A DNA stretch of 63,918 nucleotides, the filler included, from Hausera hauseri (Eukaryota), in the NCBI GenBank assembly GCA_046269625.1. It is 11 parts of 11 records of this genome, joined end to end, with 100 filler letters (N's around TTAATTAATTAA, not from the genome) between each part and the next. Parts side by side here need not be neighbours in the genome. Positions count along the whole stretch, not along the records: positions 7,759 to 14,234 come from JBJURY010096209.1; positions 14,335 to 21,176 come from JBJURY010059773.1; positions 21,277 to 28,803 come from JBJURY010009012.1; 8 more parts are not named here. One strand, given 5' to 3'. The translations under genes were made by a program, and so were the position numbers. This document shows, piece after piece, positions 12,242-25,338 of this stretch. The notes under the pieces are model-generated. The model was given only the letters and a program-made list of their open reading frames with translations, did no database searches and was not told the DNA's origin. Positions within the stretch are counted from its first letter, which is position 1. Every line of letters begins with the position of its first letter.

Positions 12242-12625
12242 ATGCCGTTGTTGCAAATTGTTACCAATGTTCCCAATTCGAAAATCCCAAGGGATTTGGC
12301 TGTTACATTTTCCAAAGAACTAGCGCCATTAATCGGAAAACCGGTAAATTACATGGCTTGCTCCATTTCCGGTGATAGCGCCATGGCATTTGGTGACTCG
12401 ACGGAACCATGTGCAATGGTGTCGTTGCAGTTTATTGGAGGCATCGGTCCGAAAATAAATGCCGATTATTCGAAAAAGATTAGTGAATTATTGAGACAGC
12501 ATTTGGGCATTGAGAAATGTAGGTTGCTGTTTGATGATACTGTTAATTTATTGTCAATTAGGTATTATGCGACTTTTATAGACTGACAATGTTCCCATGT
12601 TGGATTTCAAGGAGCTACATTTTGA
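12242..12625 (+). CDS. MIF: Macrophage migration inhibitory factor (tautomerase) with an in-frame TGA at codon 102
   Basis: MP-start, TNVP, GKP, FGDSTEPCA, IGGIG; 39-nt intron at 12523-12561 within Arg94; exon 2 RYYATFID*QCSHVGFQGATF* is colinear with the MIF C-terminus. Confidence 0.9.
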
Positions 12626-12755
12626 TTTTCTTATGTAAATGTGTGAATCGAAAATATTTGTTGTGCTTTGTATTTCGTAGTCTTAGAAATAAATTTAGAA
12701 TTCTTTTAGTCATATTCTTATTTAATCAGTTTGTTTTTTTTCAAATATGTTGATT

Positions 12756-12794
12756 TATTATGCGACTTTTATAGACTTACAAGGTTCCCATGTT
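12756..12794 (+). repeat. 39-nt duplicate of the start of MIF exon 2
   Basis: 37/39 identical to 12563-12601; has TTA (Leu) where the gene has TGA and GGT where it has TGT. Confidence 0.9.
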
Positions 12795-13105
12795 TTTCGT
12801 ATTTTCTCTGCTTGCTTCTCTGTTAACGTACAGATTTCATATCACTGGTGTGATCGCCAGTAAGAGAACTAGAAGATTACATATCAATTTATTATTCTAA
12901 TATTACAGTGACACTATTTAAAGAAATTATCACATTTTCTAACTAAAATAATAAATATTCACAAGGTTTTGCGGAGAAATACTTCAGAAGTGCCGTAATT
13001 AAAATACAGTATACAATCACGGAATTCTGTAAATTTGTTTAAATAAGTAATGAGTTGATGCTTTTGAATTTGTTCAGACGACTTTCATCATCAAGAATTT
13101 CTAAA

Positions 13106-13525
13106 ATGTCAGAGGTACTTAACTATATTTGTAGAGATGATAATAGTAGTAAATTGTAAAGAGACGAGGACCAGTTGAAAATCAAATTCTTTGCAAATTG
13201 AAAGAAAAACTCCAACCAGATTATTTGGAAGTCATCAACGAAAGTTCAATGCATAATGCTCCAAAAGGATCCGAATCACATTTCAAAGTGATAATTGTCT
13301 CGTCGATTTTTGATAAATTGTCATTGCTGAAAGTGAGAATAATGAATTTGTAATCGTTAACGTCAAATTTTACGGCAGAGACATCGAATTGTTAACGAAT
13401 TACTCGCTGATGAACTGAAGGAACTCATTCATGCCATGTCGCTGACGACGAAAACACCGGAAGAATGGCATACGAATAATGCCGTCAATCCGACACCGAA
13501 TTGTCGTGGTGGATTTGGTCAATGA
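13106..13525 (+). CDS. BOLA1: BolA-like protein 1 (exons 13106-13114, 13162-13332, 13379-13525)
   Basis: [26 protein letters not shown]...RHRIVNELL...[14 protein letters not shown]...TPNCRGG; 47- and 46-nt GT-AG introns keep the frame; an upstream targeting exon is possible. Confidence 0.92.
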
Positions 13526-14044
13526 TTTTTGTGAAATATGAGTTCATTAGGCCTGTTTGTTTGTGGTTCCGTGTTGATTCTTTGCTAATGAAATGTAGAT
13601 ACTTAAAATTGATTTCTCTTAATTGGTTCTCATCAAATATTTTATTTTTTGTCAAGCTGATTAGAAATCAAATGAAACAGGCTGTTTGCGCTTGTTGTTT
13701 TTTATTTCTCTTCTGTGTCGAAATAAATTTTCGCATGCGAAATGAATGCGTCGTTTTCATTTGAATATAGCAAGAGTTGGTGATAATGAATCATAAGGCA
13801 CGCAGTACAACTTTGCTTTTTGTTCTTCTAACATGTTAATATGCTTTAAAGGTTCCGCCATTGTAGTGTGCAAGCGCAACAATAATTTGTGAAGGGGAGT
13901 AATGAATAAGTGCCACAAAAATACAATAAACATGAACGGAATAAAATGCTGCACGACTTATGGAAAAATGGACTTTTAACAAAATAATTTTTATAAAACT
14001 TTATTAGACAATAAAAACATTAATAAAAATGTGACAATAACATT

Positions 14045-14233
14045 TCATCGGGGGAATATCGGAATAATCGGGTTGCCGTAGTTGGATTCAACTAAAATGT
14101 ACGTGCCAGGGGCTTTGGTAATTTCCTGTTGCAATTGAACGGAATACGGCACCACTTCAAATGAGACTTCAAGAAAGTGGAAATCTATTGTGTTCTTAAC
14201 AGATTTGGGGGAGACAACAGAAACTGGTAGCCC
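14045..14233 (-). CDS. Probable terminal exon of an unidentified gene; includes the right arm of the 77-nt inverted repeat
   Basis: 62-codon open frame GLPVSVVSPK...PIFPR* with AATAAA ~40 nt downstream (14000-14005). Confidence 0.4.
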   Translation of the reverse strand, partial: GLPVSVVSPKSVKNTIDFHFLEVSFEVVPYSVQLQQEITKAPGTYILVESNYGNPIIPIFPR

Positions 14234-14334
14234 ANNNNNNNNNNNNNNNNNNNNNNNNNNNNNNNNNNNNNNNNNNNNTTAATTAATTAANNNNNNNNNN
14301 NNNNNNNNNNNNNNNNNNNNNNNNNNNNNNNNNN

Positions 14335-17300
14335 CGTGATGATGAAGCGAGGTGATCCAAACCTGCCAATCCATGTGCGAATGAAAACGCAGCTATGGTG
14401 TCAGTGTTTGTGCTCCGCAGAGGGATGGCTTCTGGCCATCGAGAGGAGCGGTTCATCATGGTGTGGATGAATTGATGACCGTTGTCTGGAGGGAGAGGGC
14501 CAACGATGTCGATATGCATGGACTCGAAACGCGATGTACAGGGAAAGTGGAATAGTGGTGGCTTTAAATGCTTAGCTGTTTTGTAATTTTTGCATGCCAC
14601 ACACTCCTTAATCCATGCCTGCACATCAAAACGCATTGACGGCCATATTACTTGTCGATGAAGTAGACGAAAAGTGGCTTTAGCACCAGGATGGTGTAGT
14701 GAATTCACATGGTGAAATGCTTGCCTTTGCAATGAAGGTGTTAGAATTATTACTAAATGGCCTAGTTTACAGGTGCCCAAAGCCACGCCGTCAACGACTG
14801 TGCAAAATTTCAAAGACTTAAGCATGTTTTGAGGTGGCTGGTTCTGTTGAAGTTGTTCTTGAGTAAAAATCGGAGAAAAACTAACCGAACTAACCGACCT
14901 AGATAAAAAAATCAGCAACTAAATTGTTAACTCCGTTAATATTTTTAATATTGAAGTTAAATGTCGATAAGTATGATATTTGTCGTTCTTGGCGTGTGGA
15001 AGGGTGTTTGATGGCCATGATGTTACGTAAGGGTTTGTGATCGGTTTGTAGAGTGAAATGACGAGAGACAATTAGATGTGAAAAGTGCTTTAAAGCGAGA
15101 ATAATTGTTAATAGTTTTCGATCAAACGTGGAATATCGGTTTTCAAGTGATGTTAGCTTGCGGGAGAAAAATTCTAAAGGTTGGTTTTTTCCCTTGTAGA
15201 TCTGGTGGAGTACAGCTCCTACTTCAGTGGTTGACGCGTCTGTGGTGAGGATATGTTTTGCATCAGGCTTGGAAAAGTTAGAATATCAACGGTTTTGATG
15301 CCTTCGCGTAGCTTGTCGAATTTGTCAACCAATTCAGGTGTCCACTGGATTGGCTGATGTTTTTTGCCGCCGCTTAGATGTGCGAATGGTGCTGTCAATT
15401 CCAAGCAATATGGTACGTATTTATGTACAAAGTGTAGTGTGCCAAGGAAGCTGCGCATTTCGGTGGTTGTACGTAGCAACTGGATGTTTTTAAGAGCTTC
15501 GACTCGGTCTGATTGGGGCAAATGACCCTCTGGTGTAATAACGCGGCCTAAAAAGTTAATGTGTTTTTTGAAAAATTGGCATTTGTCGAAATTGACTTGC
15601 AGATTATAGTGGTTGAGACGTTGAAATATTTCGCGAAGGTGTTCTTCGTATTGTTTGGCCGAAGATGAAACGATTAGAATATCATCGATATAAGGGTGTG
15701 CAAACGGGAAATCGGAAAGAATTGAATCAGTGTGCCGCTGAAAAGTTTGTGCGGCATTCCGCAAACCGAATGGCATAAACAGATATTCATAGAGGCCAAA
15801 AGGAGTAGTTACTGCGGTTTTTTTCTGTCTTTGGGTGCTACCGGTATTTGATAGTATGCTTTAGCTAGATTAATGGTTGAATAGATGGTAGTTGAATTAA
15901 GACGATGCAAAATATCCTTGATGAGTGGTAAAGGATATGCGTCCGTGATAGTCAAGTTATTCAGCTGTCGGTAGTCACCGCATGGTCTAAAAGTACCGTC
16001 CTTTTTTGTACAACGTGTAAGGGGGATGATCAAGGAGATTTGGAACGGCGTACTATGTCGGAACGATCTAGCTCAAGAAATTCGGCTTCTACGGCCTGTC
16101 TACGACTAGGTGACAGAGGTCGTAACTTTTGATGTATTGAACGTTGATGCTGTGTAACCATATGATGTAAAGTGCTGTTTGCGGGAGTAAAAGTACGATC
16201 TTTTTTAAGTACGCGTGAAAATGATTTGTTGATGAATTGCTGTAACGTTGTAAGTAACTGTAAAAGATTCGGTGAAAGTGGTGAAACGGTTTGAGTAGTA
16301 GCGGATGCAATTTGTGAGTTGTTTGGTGATATGAAGGTAAGTGGTATCTGGTGTAAGATGGTCGAATTGAAGATGGTGTTTGATGAAGTATTGTCGTGGA
16401 ATGAATCAGCGCTGGTGGCAGTACCACAATTATCGAGATCACACCTCAATCGAATATCAATATTATTATTTAAAAATTTACGAATTGCGTTATCATTACG
16501 GAAATTAGAATTAGTTATTGATTTTTTTAAGATTGACCTTCGCATTCCGGTCGACTGAGCGTTAGTCGAAACGCTATTAACATGTCCAGAAATGTCGCCA
16601 ACGGCGCCGTTCCTCAAACATCGTTGACCGCAGTCAACCGGTAAGTTAGTGTGATAGAAAGTCAGGTCCTAGAATTGCCGACTGGACGTTAACGACTGCC
16701 AACGTCCAGTGGAAGGTGAAAGAAAATTCGGCAGAGTGAAAGATAATTTAGTCGTGCCAGAAATGTGCAGCGGTTGGCCTGAAGCAGTGTGTAAGGATTT
16801 TGTGCGGGAAAGGTTTGTGGTAATAAAGAAATCGCTGCACCTGTATCCATGAGAAAGTCAACAGACTGTTGTAGGAGCAGTGATTGCAGCATTTAGAGTA
16901 AAGACATCAAAAGAGACGTATCGGCGTGCAGAATGTGAAATAGTGCCTTTGCCAGAGTTTGCCGTGACCTCTGGCGGCTTAGTTTTTTTGAAAGGGTGAA
17001 CTGGGACGACTGTTAGAAGGAAAGGCAGTACGTCCGTTGTTCGTAGTGGATTTGAAGGTGCAGCCAGCGATACATTTACTATCTTGATTTTTGAATCTCG
17101 CATGGTAAACGCCAACAACGGTGTCCGAGGAAAAATTCTTATTATAAAATTTTCACCCTAGGCAGCACTTCTGGGCATTATTGTTGAATCTGCTGTGGTA
17201 ATAGCAGATCAACGAACGCGCAGACGATGGTGAGCGGTTTCGTCACGCAGAACGGTACGGCCAGCGGCAAAACTCCCTCGGCGGGACGGAGACAATTCCT

Positions 17301-18370
17301 TCAATTTATTAGTGATGTTGTTGATTGTTGCATGTACTGCAATGTTTTCAGAATGTAGCTGATTAAGTTGTTGTTCTATAGATGTATTATCGTTAGCTGC
17401 AACTTCTGCTGAAACGACTGGTGGAGAATTTACGTGTAGGACATTGTGTCCTATCGGCTAATTCGGCCAGTTTCTCAAGCGGCGTGGGTCTCCCACCACG
17501 GTAAGGAGGGACCGGATTTGGATAGGTAGTGCATTGAGGAAATAATGGCGCAGGAGGTCTGGATTATGTTCCTTGGTTACGCCAAGAGTATGTAGCTGCG
17601 CTAAGGATGTACGTAAGAATTCTGATGGCCGTTGGGTTCCTATCACGTTGCCATGAAAGAAAGGCTGCATAATAGTGTCCATGGACGGTTCGGTGATCTT
17701 TAGGACTGCATTAGAAAGGTGTGAATATGTGTCTGGATGTTGAAAGATTTCGATGATATTATGAATGTGGGTTTTGATGTTATTGGGCAGTAGAAAAAGA
17801 AGGTTATTGGCTCTAGTTAAAGAGTCGGTGATGGTATTTGCTTGCAGCCAAAGTTGGTGAAATTGCAACTACGTTTTGCTAGAACCTTGGTTGTCGATGA
17901 AAAACTCAGTGCACTTGGGGAAAGGAGCTGAAGAGGTAATAGGTGAGAGGTTGTTGGCCGAGTTAGGAGTGGGCTTCTGGAGTAGTATGACAGGTATAGA
18001 TTTTGTGGTGGTTTTATCCGTGGTGTCAATGGCTGGCGAAGAGTGCATGCCACCACGGATATGAAGATGTATGTGCAGGCATGTGGCTTGAGAAAAATGG
18101 TGAGAGTCCTTTAAGAAATATGATAGCGCCGTTATGGGTGAGGGAAAAGTCAGAGGAATTGAGTAAAAGAGAAATGGTGGTATGAAAGATTGGAATGTGC
18201 GGGTATGATATATTGAGGGTGTAAATATGTATATTGTTAAAAAAGAAAATGGAAGTGGGAGCAGTGGTGCGCCTGGGGGCGTGATGTGGGGCCGACGCCG
18301 AAGGCGCCGTCCGACCGACCGGCGCAGAGTTGGCGGTCGGAACTTCCCCCCGGCATAACGGGCACGAAAA
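14335..18370 (-). mobile_element. Second, diverged CsRN1/Kabuki-like Gypsy copy (3' end lost at the contig edge)
   Basis: CYYHSRFNNNAQKCCLG, FLMDTGA, PCGDYRQLN, MPFGLRNAAQTFQR, YIDD, HIDIVGPLP; the 5' terminal ~80 nt match copy 1 at 64/81 ungapped by hand count. Confidence 0.93.
16944..16988 (-). promoter_or_regulatory. -1 frameshift site A AAA AAC plus 7-bp stem-loop
   Basis: AAAAAAC-TAAGCC-GCCAGAG(11-nt loop)CTCTGGC at the gag/pol junction. Confidence 0.75.
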
Positions 18371-18379
18371 TGCATGGTG

Positions 18380-20989
18380 GCCGAGTTTTCCCTCAAATGG
18401 CGTAATATTAAGATGCTGTCTTTATCCCTTTTCGATGCTGTCAAATAACATTTCATGGCAGAAAATATAAATACACCATCAATCGACTTACATTTGCGAT
18501 TTCCGGTTTGATAGCTCTCAATCGTGCGCCACATTCGTGTAACATCCTGGTAGTAATAGTACAACGCACAAACAGCCGGGAGTCCGTCTTGTCCAGCACG
18601 ACATGTTTCCTGGTTATCCCTCAACAGATGTCGGGATCGAGTAATGGGTAACGAATTTCACAACCGCTTTATCAGTACCCATACCAGGTGCAATTGTAGC
18701 GCAGAATACTTTGCAATTTTGCTCGTCCATCCGCATTTGTTGAACGTTTACTCGTACCCTATCAACCATACCGGCATGACATAATTTTGTTTTCAACCCA
18801 GCTTTGTTCAATTTGTTTGGTTGAAATTCAAGGTGCAACTTGAACGCGATAGCAGTGTCGGGTAAATCTTTCGTAATACTCGTGTTGGAAAACATGTGGA
18901 GTTCTTCGTTCTTGATATAATGAAAAGTATTTATCAATGCATTTTCAATGGTATGTTTCGCAGAGAGGTTAACAGAGTTTCGACAGTTCGATTTTACAGA
19001 AATAAACGAGACCGTAGTTGTCCATAACGGTGTAGTGTGGTAAATGTTGGGTAATCCAATTTAACAACCACTCGGTGAACTGAGTTTGGGTAGACTTCGA
19101 CTTTATATGAGCACTTTTTATCAATGCCTCGTTTAATTCTCTGCGTGGCATTTTTGTCAAATTCGGAGTAGAATTGCTGGACGTAACATTGGTGTTCATT
19201 AATCCCACTGACTTTTGTTCAGCATTATGCATCAAATCGCGTATGTCGGGATTATTTTCTTTACCATACAACAGTTTGGCATTAGCTCGTTTTACACTTT
19301 CAACAATATCCGATCGTGCAAGACCACAATCCAAATGCATTGTCAAAATCTGATAGAATTTATTGACTATCCGGGTATCAGAAATGTGCGAGATCAACTT
19401 AAACAACCATTCCGAAAAATGGTAAAGTCGCATTTGACTGGTATGGTTTTTTATCGGGGGCCAATTTGTTATTTGATTATACGATAATTCGCTAATGGTA
19501 AATGTCTGTTCAGAGAACTCTTCTGAGTTCATAAAATGTTCAGTTAGACAATATTTATAATGAGCGAGAACGTTTGTTGTTGAAAAACTCAAACAAAAGA
19601 ACAAATCCGTAACGACGTATTTGTACCCTGGTCCACTCAATTGGAGTGGAAACGAGTTCAAAAACAACGACGTTATGAAAGAGTTACCCAAATCCGTTGG
19701 GCTTGTGGTTGGAAATAGTTCGATAGATATTTGAGGTAAACAGCGAATCGTTAGTAAGGATTCATTTACGCTTGTTGAACTCGGTGAAGTTTGTTTTGTT
19801 AAATCTAGATGAGAATCATTCCAATTAGAACATGTTTTTGATTGAGGATTATTTATCCGATATTGTTCTCTCAGTAATTCAAGTTCGTTACAGCATCTCA
19901 CCTTGTCATGTTTCGCTTTCCGACGATTTTTAACGACAGGTTGAAATGGTTCTGAGTCACGATCTTCTGGCCGAGGTGTATTACTGTTACTGCTATTCCA
20001 CAATTTTATACACCGATACTCTGCCTCTGGACTACTCGTTGACGTGAGACCACGCATCATCGACGAATAGTCTCCATCTAAATTTTCAGTGCCACATTGG
20101 TTCTGTACCATGCTGTCGTAAGAAGGTTGAACCAAATGAAATACTTTGCTATCTCCAGCGTTTTCATCGTTGTTACGTCGACTTTGCAAGTATTTAGATG
20201 CGTCTGAATTTTCCGTCAATGCAAAGCATTGATCCATTTTTTGGTGGGTTCAGAAATAATGAATATGGCTGATCGAGCCTCTGCACGTTACGATTATCCC
20301 ATGGCATTGTTTGCTGAGCTCGATATATAGATTCAACTAGATTTTTTCTCGCCTTTTTATTGACTATCCAATAGGCACCTTTGCCAGGCTCGCCGTGCTG
20401 ACCATCACGTGGCATCCTCCGAAAAGATTTGTTGATGGATAAATTATGCCGCAGGGAATTCTTCCACGACAGACCAATGCGTTTATAATATGGATAATTT
20501 GCTTCAAACCCTTGGTAAATATCATTGACAGTCATGGCTCTGTCGCGACATATTTCGATTGCCATGAATATCAACTGGGTATAACTGAGGTTGGGTTTTA
20601 CAAAAGCATTAAAGCTGTGTTGATGCAACTGACCGCTACAGTGGTCCACATACGAATTACTACTGCGTAGTGCCGTCTGACTGCCGTTATTGACCATACT
20701 GTTGCGTATCACCTGATATCGGACAAAATCGTGCACGTGAGTTCTCTTGTGATTCTACTTCAACTTTCTGACACAAGAGCTGCGTGTCAACGAGATCGTC
20801 ATGACCGACCGGAGCAAAACTGTCACTGTGTTCCTTCACCTCATCCTCAACATCAAGAGGATCTATATCGATAATACTGTGCCGTTGGAGCCAATTCAAT
20901 GGTTGCAAATCCGAATTGTTCGTCATTTCGGCATTTTTCACAGCAATATTTTGAAAATTACTCCATGATTTTGTTAGATTCGCTTTCAA
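18380..20989 (-). pseudogene. Forkhead (FoxN/FoxJ-like) gene with a long unidentified C-terminal region; frame-broken
   Basis: N-terminal DLQPLNWL motif; forkhead domain KPNLSYTQLIFMAI...WKNSLRHNLSINKSF...GKGAYW in 20194-20736; abutting ORFs 18969-20237, 18614-18937 and part of 17869-18624. Confidence 0.75.
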
Positions 20990-21276
20990 ACTGAACAGTT
21001 TAAAAAGCAGTGCATTCTCATGAGAAAGAAGCGGTTCAATACTGGGATAACGTTGTTGGCTGCGTGCGCTTCCACACCGTCCACGTCATCGCCCAGCCAG
21101 GGTAGGGTTTTAAAATACCCGCCCTCTGGTATGTCTGCTGAATCGGAATTGGATTGTTTGAGAGTACTCATTGAAANNNNNNNNNNNNNNNNNNNNNNNN
21201 NNNNNNNNNNNNNNNNNNNNTTAATTAATTAANNNNNNNNNNNNNNNNNNNNNNNNNNNNNNNNNNNNNNNNNNNN

Positions 21277-21760
21277 GTAGCGAAGGATCAAAAGGATTGG
21301 GACGAATTTTTAGAAGGAACGCAATTTGCTATTAACACAACCCCACATCCCGCAACCGGATTTACACCGTTTTTCATGATGTATGAAAGAGAAGCCATAT
21401 TACGAACGGATTTGGGAATGACACCGTGTACGATAAATCCTGAAGACTTAAAGCAGAAGTGTTGGGAAATTGCAAAGAATTATCTCAAGAATACCATGAA
21501 CAATTTGAAAAACAGTATGACAAGAAAGATAAACTGCACGATTTAGAAAAAGGAGGTTGGGTTTATGTACATTACCCAGTAGCCAAAAAAGGCACATCAC
21601 TGAAACTTACACGTACTGGAAGAGTACCATACGAAATCACCAAAACCACTCCAATTACAGTTTATATTAACAAAATTGGTAGAGGTCGTGTTAGTGCAGG
21701 GAGTTGTCAAAACGGATAAGGCCGAATAAACTCTATAATCTGCATTCTAATAACAGAACT
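21277..21760 (+). pseudogene. Gypsy integrase C-terminal half with GPY/F-like module
   Basis: KDWDEFLEGTQFAINTTPHPATGFTPFFMMY...YDKK...KLTRTGRVPYEI. Confidence 0.88.
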
Positions 21761-21793
21761 CGGAATCGCAGAGAAATGAAAACTTCTTCAATA

Positions 21794-22950
21794 ATGGCTA
21801 GACTGATGTCATATGTGCAAATAGTCCTTGCACTATCACTAACCGCTTCATATGTACCGAGAGCAAAAACCCAATGGATGTGGGACTAACCCGCTGTAGA
21901 AGATATCTATGGAATCCACTAGAGCGGAAAGCGACAAGAACAAATCGAGAAGGAACAAAACGACTAAAAATTAGTCTACAATATGGATTGGAGTAAACCA
22001 TGCGCCTGGTTTAAGTCAAGTAAACCCCTTAGAAGTTACATAAAATTCACAAACAAAATCAATAGTGTACCGAAAATGTGTAATTTACATTACGGAATCC
22101 AGCAGAAATGTTGCAAATTACACTTCGGACAAACAAATATAAATTTTGTATGTACTACTACCACTTTTACGGAATTCAAGCAGACGTAGATTTGCAGTTC
22201 GAAATAACCATACCAGGACAAAATCAAATAAACGAAGTGAAACTTAGCGATATGACCTGAAGTACCGATCCACAAAAACAAATTTTGGACGATAATATAA
22301 TCGGAATATCCAAAGATATCAAAAATAGATGTGTCCAGATAAAAACCAATTCAACGCTAACCAGCGACAGATAGATCTCCATTCAGTTCATACAAATAAA
22401 GAAGTCAAACCTTTCAGCGAATTATTGTCATATCTGACACAGAAGACCCTGTCCGTGTTGTAAAGTACCGATTGGTCACGAATTTAAAAAACAATGTGAT
22501 CTAATATAAAATCCGACCCAACAAACCTAAAAAGTTATCCGAAAAATCGAATATGGAAAATTACTTTCGAGATAACTACAAGAAAACCGAATATTGATTC
22601 GAGTACTATTACTGAAGTCGTCACTTCGAGTAAAATTCCTGAAAGAGAATTAGAAAATATACCTATTAAGTATTTGAAAACCTCTTCAATCACCATAAGA
22701 TCGTGTTCTTCGTTGAGGAAAAATTAAACTATGATGCCAAAATCGACTGACAAACTTTACACACTAATCAAGCTGTAATGCTAAAGGGTAACTATGAAGT
22801 TAATTGTAATTTATTACAACCTCAACATGATTATAATCGAATTTCCGCAAGACAAAAGAGAAAACTCTTACATTTCGAACGTTGAGCGAAATTCACGCAG
22901 AATCATATAAAAGAACTAACACAGAGAATATAATTACAACTAATATTAAA
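21794..22950 (+). pseudogene. Env-position ORF: signal peptide plus Cys-rich region, decayed
   Basis: MARLMSYVQIVLALSLTASY immediately after integrase; multiple Cys; many stops. Confidence 0.45.
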
Positions 22951-23204
22951 ACGGAAAAATCGATTGAGTCAACGGCTCCGCGATTATATCAACGTTCGTT
23001 CTCTTAATGATAATCACGTCTTTTTATTTAGTTAACAAAAACTGCTTTAAACGTAATAAAAATCAAGGTGGAAAGGTAAGGGAAATGAAGGACCACGACC
23101 ATATTTATGATAGGATCGCCTGCCAACTACAGATCGGGTTTTCCTATTACAGAGATAACGTTTTACTTAGGCTTAATCGTTATTTTTATTTCAGAATTGT
23201 AAAT

Positions 23205-25338
23205 ATGGCCGAAAAGGCGAAGACCAGACAATCAGAACAGAGCTCCGAGTATGATATGAATGACTTACTCCAGCAACATGCCACCGTCGAAAAGCTTCTA
23301 CAGACAAATCGGAGAAGAACTATGAAACAAAACCTACATTGAAATTAACAGAGAAAATCAGATTCTCAATAACCTGAAATGGATAACCCAAGACAATCGA
23401 ATAGTGCGTGTTTTTGCCATAAGAAAAAGATTCAAGTGCACGTATATACGCACTCAAGGCTTGTATCCCATGAAGGGGAAATCCGGGTTAGCGGTATCCC
23501 TAAACTAATAATGATCGAAATGGCCTGCAAAACCAAACCACCAGAACCATTGCAAATACTAGTATGCAGACAACGACCCTCCGAAGACGAAATAGAAAAT
23601 TGTAAGGCATCATACCGATTCGTCTCAGAAGGAAGGAATACCCGAATTTTAGCCGTGAGCTGCGGAGAAAACGAACAAGGATGGGATATACCAACTAAAA
23701 TTTCTACATGAGACATCAACGGAAGTGAAATAATGAATAAGCAGATCGCATCTAGGATAAAAACAAAGGACACATTTCCTGATTTGACCGGCATCAGGAA
23801 GGAAAGATTTCCACGAGCTCCAAGAAATTAAGCATTATCTGTATGGATGAGTAATTGTCAGTTATGAAGTCAAAATATTTTAGATAGATTAGAAATGGAA
23901 CGAACAATCATAGCCGAAATTCGACAAATTGGACGACACCCACAATTACTAGCCGAGTCAATCAGTTGTTGAAGAGACAGGATCATCTCTTACCCCTGCC
24001 TCAGAATGACCTCGTTTCAAGTTTATGATCGAGGCTATGAACGGCAAGTACTGCTAACTGCCAGTCAACAGACTCAGAACTTGAGAAATGTCTATATATC
24101 TTTACAATGTGACCACGAATGGTCACCAGTGAACCCAATGCAAAACGTCCAGAGTTCAACCAATCCAATCAAACTCGTATCATCAGGTCGGAACAAATAA
24201 CCCTTAACAAAGCAGAAGCAACAGTCAAACTATCAAGAAAGACCGAATATCCGGAAATATCAGAATGTCACTCGAACAATCAAAATGAAAGGAGGACAAC
24301 CGAGAAGGAAACAGGAAAATCTAAACCATCCCATTTCGAATACATAATAGAGAAGAAAACCAAAAGCAACGGGCCTAGTACCAGATCTCACATCACCCCA
24401 ATCGTACAAGATGCTTCTGAGATGGAACGCACCCAAGACGACAGAAGGATGAAGTTGGCGACAAACAACAAATAAAAAGAACAAAGATTTCACCTTCCGA
24501 CCTATCTGCCAGAGAATGAGAAAGAGAACCACAGCAAAACAAAAATGACCGAAGTAAACGTCCTATGAAAAGCCAATGTGCCCGTAGAGATAAAGAAGCC
24601 CCTAGATATCAAAGAGGCCCTATTTTATGTCCACACAGCACCCAAGCGAGAAATTCATGGAAACGCATATGCCAGAGAAGAGCCAGATATAGGGAGATAC
24701 TTAGCGCCCATTTTTCGTTCAAAAATTGGGACAAAAAATTAAAGGTACCTGCATAAAACCACGTAAAAGTACAGATGAAGAGGAAATACAAGCAGATGGA
24801 CATACCCGACCTCAATGAACAAGACGTTGTCGAATGGACCCTAATTGCCATAAATAATGACCCAAGAATAAGTTCAATCAACTCTAAACAGAATGAATTA
24901 TTTGGATACTTGTACCAGGACCGGAAAGGTTTAGTGGTCGAACAAATGGAAATAGTGACTGATGTGGACCTAGACGACGAAAAGGATGACAAATGTCCTG
25001 TCTGTGAAACAAGTCTAAGACAAGGATACGTATCTTTGCAAAAAATGATTGTCGACACAAATATTGCAAAAGCCGCCTAGAAACCTGAACGTTAGAAAAC
25101 GGTAAAACAACTTGTCATGTGTGTCGAGCACAAGTCACGACACACAGGCTTCGATAGTGGTAAAAGCAACCGAACTGTAAACATCTACTCTGATCAACCA
25201 AGGACTAGCTATTTTATAGAGCTAAATCTACGGACGAATCCAGAAATGAGTCTGCAAAGAAGGATGAATTTATTGAAAAGACCCAACGACCCCCCTCCCA
25301 CATCCGAGTTCGCCAATCAAGGAAGAGAAATGTTATAG
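23205..25338 (+). pseudogene. Additional decayed accessory ORF(s) of the same retroelement
   Basis: Chain of A-rich plus-strand ORF pieces with the same strand bias; CPVC motif in 24775-25080. Confidence 0.45.

Noticed and set aside
12584-12586. Alternative genetic code (stop reassignment)
   Set aside because: TGA terminates BolA, G-patch and MIF normally, and the pseudogenes contain all three stop types plus frameshifts.
17869-18624. 251-aa ORF as a real gene
   Set aside because: Chance read-through from the interrupted flank into the Gypsy 5' end.
20230-20245. Programmed -1 frameshift in the Fox gene (A AAA AAT)
   Set aside because: The downstream ORF is in the +1 frame, so an indel in the homopolymer is more likely.
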